Assembly: GCA_951406725.2 (NCBI GenBank)
Contig: OX597819.1
Location: 109,120,001 to 109,184,000, forward strand
Direction: 5' to 3'
Origin: Octopus vulgaris
Taxonomy: Eukaryota
Length of the DNA stretch: 64,000 bases
This document shows, piece after piece, positions 25,431 through 37,366 of the stretch. Below the pieces are notes generated by a model, which was given only the letters and a program-made list of their open reading frames with translations, had not been told where the DNA came from and did not search any database. Numbering within the stretch: the first letter of the stretch is position 1; each line of letters opens with the position of its first letter. Position numbers and translations under genes: made by a program.

Positions 25431-27230
25431 AATGAGAACGCAGCCGCTTAGCCCTAAGCAACCCAGATTTATAGTGAAGGACCATAAACCGAACTTCCAC
25501 ACCAACCCAGCGCTAAGACTCATATGCCCTGCTAGCTCTGATATCGGGATAATCAGTAAGTACATTTTAGATAAATATATCCCTAGTTTAGTAAACAACC
25601 TGCAAAACACCACGAACAGAATAGTGCAGAAAACTAAGAGCAGGTTAGCTAGGTTTTTTAATAGAATGGGCATGAATATAGTTTTTGATAATGAACTCAC
25701 CAAGGCTAATTTCCTAGACGTTACACTTAACCTTAATAGCGACTCATACTGCCCTTACCATAAGCCTTCCACTAATTTGAAGTATGTCAGTGTCTTCTCA
25801 AATCATGCCAAAGCCGTAACAGACAATTTGGTTAAAAACATCTCTCTAAGATTGTCTGGCTTGTCCGCCAGTGCCGATATTTTCATGCAGAAAGCGGAAT
25901 TTTATAACGCCGCACTATCCAAGGCCGGTTATAGGCAGAAGGTAATTTATATTGATCCGGCCCTTCCGATGCCATCATTCGGTCATCAGGATAGGGCCGT
26001 CTATAATAACATAAACAATTTAAGTAGGGACGGGAGCGCAGCGGGTGCTGGGGCAGTCGCTCCCGCATTTAATTTAGCGAACAAGGATAATTATCGGTCC
26101 GGGAGATCTCACACTAACCCAAAACCCGTTATTCATCCGAGAATCACCCACCCGAATGCGAGAGCTGGCGTCCCGACCCATCACACAGATAGGAATAAGC
26201 ATATATGGTTTGTAATTCCCTTTGGTAAGCAGATTAGAATTAACCTCCCCCTCATGTTTAGACAAGCCATCGCCAATAACTTCCCCAGAAATTCCAAATA
26301 TTACTCCACGGTTAACTCGCATAAAGTTAGGATAGCTTTCTCCAACACTAAAAACCTCGCCCAGATAATCGCCTCCCATAATAATAGGCTGCTTACTAAG
26401 ACCCTATCACCTTTTTCCGGAGGCACAGCCTCTTCCGCTCCCGGTTTAATGCTCAGTAGGAATAATTATAGTAGTAATAATGATATAAGAGCCAGTACAG
26501 TGACTCATAGTCTCAGCTCCAGCCAGGGATTACACACTAGGGGTATAGTTTTAAATAGGGGTGTTGTAGTTGACGGTAACAATGGGAGTAGGGTAGAGAG
26601 TCCCAATAGCAACCCCAGCATCATTTCCTGCAATAGCAGCACCACGGGCACTAGCAATGACAGCACTCTGATAGATAGTGGAGAATCAGGGGTTATTCCG
26701 TTAGTTAATAGTGACGTAGTGGAAAATAAAGTAGTAAGCGGCTGCAGTTCTCATAACAAATATAGTGACAGTAACGCAGTTCTAATTTCAGAAACTAATC
26801 CTAGCAGAATAAGATTCACGTCGGCAAACTCCAAGATCAGAAACGCCGTCTACCAATGCAAGGTCAGACTCAGATGTCTACCAATGCAAGGTCAGACTCA
26901 GATGTCTACGCTTATGTAGGGGCCTCATCGTCAAGATTGGCTTTGCGAATCTCCAATCATTACGCAACTTTTCGGGACATGAATAAACGCCAGACCACGG
27001 GACTCAGCAAGCTAATATGGCGATTGAAGGATATGAACTCAAGATATAGGCTGGAATGGTCAATTTTGTCGGTGGCCCTCCCATTTGATAGGGGCAGAAG
27101 GAAGTGCAACCTTTGTGTCTCCGAACTCTTCCATATTTTGTTCGCCAGAGACCGGATGGTAAACGGACTTTTACAGTCGGCTTTTCGATGCCCCCATTGG
27201 CGGCGTTACACTTATCTGGCTTATAAATAA
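25431..27230 (+). pseudogene. Penelope-like RT/GIY-YIG ORF, RT core deleted and frameshifted
   Basis: The RT N-terminal motifs join directly to the thumb region with no YxDD. GIY-YIG AVYQCKV/YAYVG..R..NH...CNLC...RCPH is split by a frameshift at a 28-bp tandem duplication (26848-26903). Confidence 0.85.
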
Positions 27231-27844
27231 CGCTGATAAATAATACCTGCACCCATAGCCCTTGGTAATAAATTCTGAAATAGCCTTTAAGATAATTACG
27301 ATTAACCACTGCAAGGGGAATTACTCCTGTAAGATAAACGGGGCTTTGTTTTTGACGACGGGGGTTTCTTTGACAAGGCATAATAAGACGAACACACGCA
27401 CACATAAAACATAAAATATTTTTCTACCACCCAACGGTTCTTACTGCAGTAGCCATTGTGTAGAGCTGCTTAACAACTGACAGCCGAGCGATCAAACGCA
27501 CACACGTACACAAAAAATGTTTTCTACCCCTTGACGGAGTTCTTGCCAACCTGCGCCAGCACACATATATAGAACAGTAAACACACACATGTCTCTAAGT
27601 AGATTTTTTCTCGCCCCTTATAATACATCCAATATTCCTTAAATAGTCAGAACTTTATTCCCGGTCACAAAGAACATCTACACACCTTCACCCACAGGAA
27701 TGACCGCTGCCTGACCCGTTAAAATCTTCAACCACCGGTTCTCAACATACACTGATAAACAGTTTTGCCATGGGCTCTTAGGAGCCTAGTTCGATTTGTT
27801 TTGCTCCGCCTCTGTTCTGTTTTTGTTTTTTCCAACGGATTTCC

Positions 27845-27937
27845 TATTTCTTCCTGAAGAGAAAGACACAATATGGTCTCATTATTCAATTGGATTTTGG
27901 TAAATTGTGCCTTTCGAAACACGTGTAGAATGAAATA
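27845..27937 (+). ncRNA. Type I hammerhead ribozyme in the 3' pLTR
   Basis: Stem I TATTTCTTC/GAA(T)GAAATA; core CTGAAGA (27854-27860); stem II GAAAGACACAAT/ATTGTGCCTTTC; GAAAC-ACGT-GTA; predicted cleavage after 27927. Confidence 0.85.
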
Positions 27938-29625
27938 AAACGATTTCTGTTCAATCTTCGTTCAGCTCCATTTCTTCAATTTCTTCAATTCCCCAATAAT
28001 ATTATATATATATACACACAATATAAATGATATTCTCCATTTCTCTACGACTAATTTCCAAATTAGCTGAATCCGTTGCTCTACTCATAGCGATATATAT
28101 GATCATGTGTGAACATGGGAGAGAGCAGAGGTTACTAGAGCAAAAGACCTACGTGTTGATTGTAGACACGCTCCTTCGCAAACGATCAGCTATTATTTTG
28201 TAAACAATGTTTCGATACTGTTCATGTTTTCGAAAGGTGAGATCTGACTCTCACATCTCTATGGGAGAAGGTAGGCCTCTATTCCCCTTACAAAGCTTAT
28301 GTCTGGGTGTTTACAAATTTGCATTTTGTAAACAATGTTTTGAAACTGTCCATGTTTTCGAAAGGAGAGATCTGACTCTTTTCAACCATAACATCTACCA
28401 ATTTTGATGTATTTTGTTCAAACTTGATGCCAGCATTACTTAGGTCTCATGGGATCTTTGAATGCTTTAAGTTCTCCAAAGATGAAAAAAAAAACAATCG
28501 ATGAGTGGAAAAAAATCGATAAACCGATTCCTTATGAGATTTCCCAATCAAATTGTCTACAAAATTTCAGCCAAAAGTTTACGGATTTCACTCAAATTTG
28601 ACGTCGATGTTACTTAGTTTGCTTTGAAATAAAGAGCTTGATTAGCTGAATAATCCTAACTTAATCCCAAGCAAAGCCAGGCTATACTGTTAGTAATCAT
28701 TATTTTGCCAAGCCAAGTATAGGGTTCTTTACATTCATATTCCAGATTAGAGAATGGTTAACTATAGTTGGAAGATGTCAGTGCATGGGTGCACCTGGCC
28801 CTATCAAGGACAGGGAAACATCTCTGTGAACTTTGCATCAAAGAGGGGTTGGAAATTATATTATCTAATAGTTACCACTTTTTTAATATATGTAATATAG
28901 AAGGGATATTTTGTCACACAGAAACTCTTGAATGTCCTGACAGTACCAGATGGATCTTAACCATTATTACAATGAGATAGGCTTGTCTTCAGCTTTTACC
29001 AAACACGTTATGGAGGTATCTTTGCAACCTTGTTGCCCAAACACAATGATTAAATGTGTCCTGTATCCCATATTGGAATCAGGCTTGTCACCAGATTTTG
29101 GTGCCTGATGATGCTTCAGAATATTCTGGGTGGACACTAATTTGTAGTAATGCTAAAGTGAAGTTTCAAAATAAGAGTATCACTGTAAATCTGAGGGTGC
29201 ACCATTGAATATTAAGGAGGGTAGTACCATCCAATGCACCCACTTAGTGACAGGTATGATTGGAATACCTCTGTTGTCTACTCTGCTGCATTTGCACCTC
29301 TGTCATCCTCTCCCCTAATATGTGTCTCCTTGCCATGCATGTCCACTGGAGCATGTATGGAGAAGCAAAATGGAGAGATGGTGGAAGGAGTTATAGAATA
29401 ATGAGAACATATGAAGTAAAAAAGGCAGGTACATTTTAAAGAATTGATTGAGGTTGACAAAGTTAAGAGTGGGCGAAGAGGTACAGTCAAGAATAGATGC
29501 TGGGGGACAATAAAGGTGATCCAGAAGAGAGAATTTGCTAGCAAAGATAGAATGTACTGGACAAGAGGATGGGTGTGATTCATTACAGCTTCTTGTATAT
29601 GAGCATAGTGAAAGTTGAGTAGGGG

Positions 29626-29791
29626 CACTAGCGTAGCTAGAGTGTGTGCCACTCGGGGCAGCCCTTCTGTTTGCTGCCCCCGGACTCCACAGAAAACACA
29701 TATTGCCTACAGCAGACACAAAAGTGTCACCCCTTTAAAAGTGCTGCCTGGGGTGGACCACCCCTACTTCCCCACCCTAGCTACGCTAGTG
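29626..29791. mobile_element. hAT-like MITE
   Basis: TIRs CACTAGCGTAGCTAG/CTAGCTACGCTAGTG; 8-bp TSD AGTAGGGG/AGTAGGGT. Confidence 0.8.
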
Positions 29792-30871
29792 AGTAGGGTA
29801 AGAGACTGGTTCAATGCAACCTCTTAAATGTGGGCCTAGTGAAGGACAAGGGGGTAGGGGTGAGAGTGATGTGGATGGTGCCATCAACACAGGTAGTGGA
29901 GAGGTGAGAAATGGAGGGCTATGAGGGATAAGGAGACAGGAGGTAATATGGAGGTGTGTGTTTATATGTATGTGCATGAATGTTGACATTTGCTTTTTCA
30001 TTATTTAAGTCAAGAGGTAATAGGATATCTATTCTTTGTTGATATTACAACCAGCTACAAGGCAGCAAGCTGGCAGAATCATTAGTATGCCGGGCAAAAT
30101 GCTTAGCGGCATTTCCTCTGTCTGGTCATAATATGCTGCCTGAAATAAATTCTGATCTAACTTATGCTAGCAGTTCTGGGGAGTAAGGATTAGGGGATTG
30201 TTTTGTGCAGTATCTAGGAGTTATGGCACAGTAAGTGTATTGGGAGGAGCAGAGGCAATGAACCAGGTGGAAAGGGTAAGCAACCAGTTATTTCAGAAGA
30301 GTAGAGACTGTTCGGTAGTAACAAAAGGCAAAGAGAAGAAATTGTATGTCTAAGGGCCAGATAGAGATTATAATAGGCTGATGAATGAGTCTTCACTAAT
30401 CAGTCAGAGAGCCTCTTGATTTGGTCTAGAATATGTGCATGTCATAGAGAATCACCATCATATATATGTGAACAAAACTCCATTGTGTATCCTACTTGAA
30501 TTTTGTAGTATCTTCTAACTTTGAATTGCAGTCTTTGCAATGCAGTTTTAGCAGTATTATATATGGCATCAGTGAGGGTATTTGGCTCATGATCAAAAGG
30601 TCATGAGTTCATTTTCCAGCAGTATATTGTATCCTTGAGCAAGACACTTTATTTCTTGTTACCCCAGTCCACCCAGGATGTAAAAGTAAGTAGTATCTGT
30701 AATTTCAAAGGGCCAGCCTTGTCACATTCTTTGTCATGCTGAATCTCCCTAAGAACTATATTAAGTGCTCAGCCACTTGCATGTTAATATTACAAGAAGA
30801 CTATTCTGTTGATTGAATCAATAGGAACTCTTGTCGTCATAACCAACCAAGTGCCAGTGCAAGTGCACACG

Positions 30872-31178
30872 GCATCCTTCCTTCTCAAGCCATGCCTGGC
30901 TCATAAGGGCCAGTTTCCCGGTTTCCTTGGCGTATAGGTTCCCCACCTGGACAGGATGCCGGTCCGTCACAGGTGAGCTGCAAGATGCAGGAGGAAAGAG
31001 TGAGAGAATGTTGTGGCGAAAGAGTCAGCAGATGTTCGCCATTACCTTCTGCCGGAGCCGTGTGGAGCTTATAGGTGTTTCGCTCATAAATACACACTTC
31101 GCCCGGTCTGAGATTTCGAACCCGTGATCCCTCGATCACAAGTCCGCTGCTCTAACCACTAGGCCATGTGCCTCCACA
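30872..31178 (-). mobile_element. tRNA-derived SINE, V-SINE-like
   Basis: A box TGGCCTAGTGG and B box GGTTCGAAAT, then CCTGTGACGGACCGGCATCCTGTCCAGG...GGAAACCGGG, resembling the V-domain. Confidence 0.7.
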
Positions 31179-31649
31179 CATGGCATAACTATAAGAGCTC
31201 TTCAAAAATTGGGAACCCTGGCAAGAAACCAGATTGTCATGTCTCCATTGAGGAATGTTTGTGAAGTCATTCTTTACAGAAGCAGCAGTGTTACCTGGAA
31301 AGAAGAGATTATGTTTCTTGTGGATGATGCTTGTGCTGAAAAAAAGTTAAGGGCGGTATTATAAATCTTGCAATGTGTGTGGCCGGGGGAGGAGGGGTAA
31401 AAAAAAATGACAGCAAGTAGGTGGGTTTTCTTTTTTATTTTAATGGCTTAGTCAGAAGAAAAAAGGAAGTATCTGTGTCTCACTTCAGAGCCTCTGTGAC
31501 TGGTGGGAGGAAGGGAGGATGTTACTTTCAAAGTGAAGACATGACCCAAATACATGCAACAGAGTGATGTCTGCTAAAAGCACCCAAAGGCCAAGTGATG
31601 CCATTAAAACTGGCAACAGATCAAGTTTTTGTTAATGTACAGAATACTC

Positions 31650-31937
31650 TCTTTACTCTTTTGCTTGTTTCAGTCATTTGACTGTGGCCATGCTGGTGCA
31701 CCACTTTTAGTCAACCAAATCGACTCCAGGACTTATACTTTGTAAGCCTAGTACTTATTCTATTGGTCTCTTTTGCCGAACCGCTAAGTTACGCGGACGT
31801 AAAGACACCAGCATCGGTTGTCAAGTGATGTTGGGGGGACAAACACAGACACACAAACATATACACACACACATACATATATACATATTTATATACGACG
31901 GGCTTCTTTCAGTTTCCATCTACCAAATCCACTCACA
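31650..31937 (-). mobile_element. SINE (same family as about 45830-46175, plus strand)
   Basis: Shared GTAACT(T/GT)AGCGGTTCGGCA...AAGTACTAGGC...CCAGCATGGCCRCAGT...ATGACTGAAA. Confidence 0.7.
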
Positions 31938-32740
31938 TGGGAGAAATTATAGAATTGAATAGAATATGGGTTGAAGAGATCCTTATTAGAACATTCTGCT
32001 ATGGTGGGAGTCAAACAGGATACTTTCAATCCACATGAGAGACAAATAAAGGAAAATATGGACAACTTAGCAGGAAGGCCCTTCTGCCAGATAAGATTTT
32101 AACACAATGAACGTTTTGTGCCTTAGCACTCATCTAGAATATTTCCCTTCAAAGAAAATAATAACATGAGTTACAAGCAACTTATAAAATCATGTTTGAG
32201 AAATGGAGGGTGTATCTGTTGACTCTCTATCAGATATTAGTTCCAAATTTTGGTACATGGCTAGAAATTTGGGTGGAGAGGGTAAGTCCATTAACTCGAC
32301 CCTGGTGCTCAACTGGTATTTATTTTACCAACCCCGAAAGGATGAAGGCAAAGTCAACCTCGACAGAATTTAAATTCAGAATGTAAAGATGGACAAAATG
32401 CCACTATGCATTTTACCCTGTGTGCCAATGATTCTATCAGCCCACTGCCTTACTTTCTATTAGACATTAACAGAATAAACAGTTAAATGTCTGACATGCT
32501 TTGAGCTGGCCTAGTTCTGTAGGTTTCTGAATGGTATGCCTAACAAAAAATTACCTTAATTTTTTCTGAAGTGTGGCCCGCCAGATAACGAGCCATGTTT
32601 CATGCAGCTTGCATTTCAGAAAGGGTTGCTCAAGCTTGGTTCAATCCATAGGAAGTCAAGAGTATGAGAGATATTGTGGTACAAGGGAGGTAATTCTGAT
32701 TTCCTCGCGTGTTTTGCTACCATATTTCAAAGCGTTATTT

Positions 32741-33600
32741 ATAATAATAATAATGAAATTATTGTATACAGTGCTCAGGTGCACCACAACTTGTCAGAAA
32801 GTGCGTATAAAGTATATGCAGTAATGTACAAATGTCTGGAAAGCGAACAGTGTATGAGTCAGACACATGCTTGTGTGTGTATGGAAGGGAGAAAATCAGG
32901 TGTAGTGTTGGCGAATCTCAGGAAGCATGGAAGTTTTGAAGGATGCAGTGCTCCGACAACTAACAACCGATGCCGGCAGTTTGTTCCATGCTTCAGCAAC
33001 TCTCAGCGTGAAAAAAATGTTTCCGAAAGTCATGGGAGCTGTGCTGTTTTCTGACTTTGGAAATATGTCTACGGGTGTTAGACGGGTGGAGTTTGAAAAG
33101 GTGCTCAGAGTTATTGTTTCTAAGATGGTTAATAATTTTATGGGTGTCTGCCAAGTCAGCTGCCAAACGTCGGAGTTTCAATGTGTCCATGCCGAGGAAA
33201 GTAAGGCGTTCAGGATATGGCAAATGCCCGATGGAGGGTATTCTTTTGGTTGCACGTTGCTGAACGGCTTCCAGACGATAAATATCCTGGGCAAGATAGG
33301 GGTTCCAGACCGGTGATGTAAATTCCAGGTGAGGTCTTACCATAGCTATATAAAGCCGCAGATAGATAGCCGGAGAGCGGCTCACAAAGGACTTGGTGAG
33401 TGATGCCAAGACACCCTCAGCCTTCTTGGCAATTTTAGCGATGTGTTTTGTCCAACGCAAATCGCTGTCGACAATAACACCCAGGTCACGTTCACACGAA
33501 GACTTTTTGAGATTAGTGTTGTGGAGGGAGTAAGTAGACTCTGGGTTTTTCCTCCCAAAATGCATGGTGGTACATTTGTCCACAGCCAGCATGAGTTGCC
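32741..33600 (-). mobile_element. CR1/L2-like LINE 3' fragment
   Basis: ERDLGVIVDSDLRW..H...LYIAMVRPHLEFTSPVWNPY...LEAVQQRATKRI; (ATT)n tail near 32741. Confidence 0.88.
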
Positions 33601-33622
33601 AAGCTTTTTAAAAGCTTTTTAA

Positions 33623-33845
33623 CCCTTTCATTACCGTATTTGTTTTGAGATGCTCTCTGCTTCTTTCATTTAATTTTAAATATAACAAAGAATTTAATAA
33701 AATAACTTAGATATCATTAAGCTAGTGTTAAGAACATATGTTGTGACTAAGGTTTGGTGGAAGATTTTAATTCAAAACTTATGAAAACAAAACATTTGTA
33801 CTACCAGAGCCAGAGGCGGTTTCAGCTGGGTTGGTATTGAAAGGG
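33623..33845. mobile_element. piggyBac-like MITE, second family (degenerate copy at about 5260-5685)
   Basis: TTAA|CCCTTTCATTACC...GGTATTGAAAGGG|TTAA. Confidence 0.78.
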
Positions 33846-35732
33846 TTAATACCTGCTGAGAGAGAAACTAAACTAGTCGGAATTACAGGGAACTAACGAA
33901 GAAATTAATAAATAAATAAATAAAAAGGAAATATATGAATAATTAGCCGTTTGGTTAAGATTACTTTACTACATTGTTTTAAGTTCAGTCACTTGACTTT
34001 GGCCAGTGCCTTCTTCTGTCATCTTATGTCATCAATATTTTGTGACAGGAATTTTGGTAAACAGTGAGTGTGTAGGATCGCGAGAGTAAGAGGAGAAAGA
34101 GACTGGTGAGTGTTTGTGCTTACATACAAACAAAAAGTACTCAATACATAATGTAACGTCTTAGAGACTGAAGCTTCATGAATCATTACTCAGAGTCACA
34201 TTACTGATCATTCAGACAATTAATGTAGAGAAACAATATGATGATATGTAAGTAGAAATGACCTGTCCACCATGCCAGCAGGATGGGAGCCTTTGAAGGC
34301 GACAATAATGTGAGGAAGCGCACTGTGACTAGTGGTGCATAACCAGTGATAAATCGAAATATTCATGAAGTCTCTGAAATGGTGTTTGAAATTATGTCAT
34401 GCTTTTATCTTTTCAATTAACATGCATGTAGTCAGGAAGTTTGATTTGCAACCACAGTTTCATATTCAGTCAGACAATATGGCGCTTTGGGCAAGGGCAA
34501 GTGACTTACAGATGCCTTGTGAGTGAATTTGGGAGAAGAAAACTGTAAATGTGTGCGCGTGTGCGTGCGTGTGTGTACATGCATGTGTGTGTGTGTGTGT
34601 GCATCTCTGTCTGTGCATGTGTTTGTTGTTTCAATTATACCATGCTTCCATCTAGTTGAGACCAATACTGCACATACTAATAAGCAGTGATGAATTATGT
34701 AGAGACAAGTGCAACAGTTTGTCTAATGGGTGGGGTCTCTGAGTACACATGAGAAGACAAGTTAAGGTGTTGAATGAGGCTTGTAGATACTCTGATAGTG
34801 AGTGCTTCTAGTAATTTCTTTAAACACAGTAAATGTTTGAAACTAGTGTACTGGAAGATAATAAATTAACTGACATATATAGATTGCTTTTCCTCCATCA
34901 AGGATGATTGTTTTTCGTCCAGGCCCATTGTTAGGTGGAATAGGCCATCTGAAAGTTTGGTGCTTTTGTTATGTACATAGTCATTCCTCTTAAAGCAAAT
35001 TTACTTGGTTATGAGTTCTGTTAATCTTCTGAATCTGTGAGTTTCTGTCAAATTGCACTGTTGTAAGCATGTACAGCAGGAGCTCTCTTAACCACACTCC
35101 ATCAACTCTTGTATGCAACAGGGCTCAATTTTACCCCACTTACTCTTCATTTTATATATCAATGACCTACTGACCATCTTTCACCAGTGTCCACCCCAAA
35201 ATACTGATTTCATGATACTGCCACTCAGGCATCTTTAGTTCATTTCGTCTTGCTTCCTCTTATTACCCATGTTGTGTCTATTCCCTTCAGGCCCTGCACT
35301 AACTCCTACATGTAATTTTTCCTTCTCAGAATTTTGCTCCCTTGAAATTCCTTTCCTGTACTTGTTCATCCTGTTGCTGTTGACTTATAACTCTTCGTAA
35401 GAAACACTAACTGCTCAATTGTGACAGTCCTGCAGAGGCGATGGGTACAATGCCTTCCACCTCACCCAACCAAAAGCTGGAAGAAAAAATCCCAATTCTT
35501 AGTGTTCATTTTTTATTGCTAAAAAATATATGTGACACCTCTAAAGTTCTCTCTGCTGACAGTCCTATGATCAATATGAAGCAATTATTCAACTTTTGTT
35601 ACAGAGACTTGTTAGAAGTTAGACATTTCTCACCAAGGGAAAATTATATATTACGTTGATTAATTTGGCGGCAACTGTCAGTAATTACAATCCAGCCAAT
35701 AAAAATCTTCGGCTGTTGCGTTCACGTTATAC

Positions 35733-35791
35733 ACCGGATATAATCACTCCGCTTATAGTCACTCCTTTTATACTCACCATGTTTATAGTCA
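35733..35791 (+). repeat. Four ~15-bp tandem units (consensus like CCGNTTATAGTCAC) upstream of the TIGD ATG
   Basis: CCGGATATAATCAC T CCGCTTATAGTCAC T CCTTTTATACTCAC C ATGTTTATAGTCAC. Confidence 0.75.
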
Positions 35792-35836
35792 CATACTTGG
35801 TACTTTGAAGTTTTATATGTATTATTCACTGCCACA

Positions 35837-37366
35837 ATGTCAGAGAGCAGACAAAAAAGAAGGCAACTATCGTTGGGACAGAAAATTGAAATTCTTGACT
35901 TTATAGAATCAGGTAAGAAATTAGCTGACATAGCGTCTTTATTTACATGCGACAGATCAACCATCTCTAAAATTAAGAAAAATGCCAAAAAGCTCAGGGC
36001 TGCAAATGTTAACAACAGAAACTCGAAGAAGATTAGAAATCGGAAAAGCAACTTTGAAGACGTCGAAGAAGCTCTACTTAAGTGGTTTACCCAAATGAAG
36101 TGTGTGAATGCTTCGGTAAACGGCCCTTTGATGCTACAAAAAGCATCTCAGTTTGCAGCATCTTTGGGGATAAAAGAGTTTTCGGCTTCCAGTGGGTGGC
36201 TAGAACGATTTAAGAACCGACACAATATTAAATTTTCTAGACTTCACAACGAACAAACGCCAGGTGAGGAATTCGTAGCAGCGGACAGGTGGCTTGAAGA
36301 CAAACTGAAGGAAAAAATTAAAGGATATAAGCCCAGAGATATTTTCACTGCTGCTGAAACATGTCTACTATATAAAGCATTGCAGCCGGGAATAATTACA
36401 TTCCAAGGTGGGAAAACCAATGCAAATAAAGTACCAAAGGAACAGGTTACTGTCCTGGTTTGTGTTAATTCAGATGGCTCGGAAAAAGACCTTCACATCG
36501 TTGGCAAACATCCAAAACCTGCGTGTTTCGATCGAGTGCAAAAATTGCCCCTCTCCTATTACAGCAATCAGAAATCCTGGATGACCAACGATATATGGAA
36601 GACGATTTTGTGGGAAATGAACCAACAGTTCCAGGCGCAGAACCGCAAGATAATTTTGTTTGTTGACAGTGCTGCATGTCATCGATGTGCTAATAATACA
36701 ACGCCGGCTATCAGAGTTGTTTATCTGCCAAAGGGTACTCATTTCATCCAACCTTGCCGCCAGGGAATTATCAAATCTCTAAAAACTCATTATCGGCGTC
36801 ATATTAACCGAAGAATGCTCACTGCGTTCGAAAACGGCGTGGCAACCCAAGAATTTACTAGATCCCTCTCCGTACTAGATGCCATGTTTATGTTGAAACG
36901 GGCCATGGTTTTAGTAACACATCGGACAATCCGAAACAGCTTTCTAATATCTGGTTTTCCTTTTGAAAGCGATGAAACCGCCTGGTCAGAGCAGGGGGTT
37001 AAAGATGACGAAGAAGACGAAGAAAATGAGACATTTAATAAGTTTGTCAGTATCGACGACGAATTACCGACATATGGCGAGCTTACAGACGTCGACATCT
37101 GCAAACAAGTAGCAACTCCAATTGATAAACGCTATCTTGTGGACGACGATGAATGTGATGTAGATAATAAAGAGAGAGTGGAAGAAAAGCGACAGTTGAC
37201 GAGAACAGAAGGTCTGGCAGCTATGTACACCTTCAGAGCCTACCTCGAACAGAAGTTCGAAAACTTTGATGATTTGCCTTTTGTAAAATTAGAAGAAATG
37301 GTCGAAGATGATGCTTCCAAAGGACGCAATCAAATGTTGATTAAGAATTCTTTAGAAAAGAAATAA
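35837..37366 (+). CDS. Tigger/pogo transposase-derived CENP-B/TIGD-like protein (HTH_psq, HTH CENP-B, DDE_1), likely domesticated
   Basis: Intact 509-aa ORF: RRQLSLGQKIEIL, DVEEALLKWF, FSASSGWLERFKNRHNI, YYSNQKSWMT, ILFVD, acidic tail. Catalytic D1 is A (TAAET) and D3 is R (QPCRQGII). No flanking TIR pair seen. Confidence 0.88.
   Translation: MSESRQKRRQLSLGQKIEILDFIESGKKLADIASLFTCDRSTISKIKKNAKKLRAANVNNRNSKKIRNRKSNFEDVEEALLKWFTQMKCVNASVNGPLMLQKASQFAASLGIKEFSASSGWLERFKNRHNIKFSRLHNEQTPGEEFVAADRWLEDKLKEKIKGYKPRDIFTAAETCLLYKALQPGIITFQGGKTNANKVPKEQVTVLVCVNSDGSEKDLHIVGKHPKPACFDRVQKLPLSYYSNQKSWMTNDIWKTILWEMNQQFQAQNRKIILFVDSAACHRCANNTTPAIRVVYLPKGTHFIQPCRQGIIKSLKTHYRRHINRRMLTAFENGVATQEFTRSLSVLDAMFMLKRAMVLVTHRTIRNSFLISGFPFESDETAWSEQGVKDDEEDEENETFNKFVSIDDELPTYGELTDVDICKQVATPIDKRYLVDDDECDVDNKERVEEKRQLTRTEGLAAMYTFRAYLEQKFENFDDLPFVKLEEMVEDDASKGRNQMLIKNSLEKK

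Larger units (their letters stand above)
24820..28003 (+). mobile_element. Penelope-like retroelement (probably Hydra clade) with inverted pseudo-LTRs, non-autonomous
   Basis: PLE RT motifs KDHKPNFHTNPALRLICP and FLDVTLNL..YCPYHKP..YVSVFSNH; C-terminal GIY-YIG; arms 24974-25394 and 27574-28003 are inverted copies; (TA)n on both flanks. Confidence 0.9.

Noticed and set aside
31090-31178. Possible tRNA gene
   Set aside because: A and B boxes are present but there is no complete cloverleaf, and the sequence continues into a SINE body.
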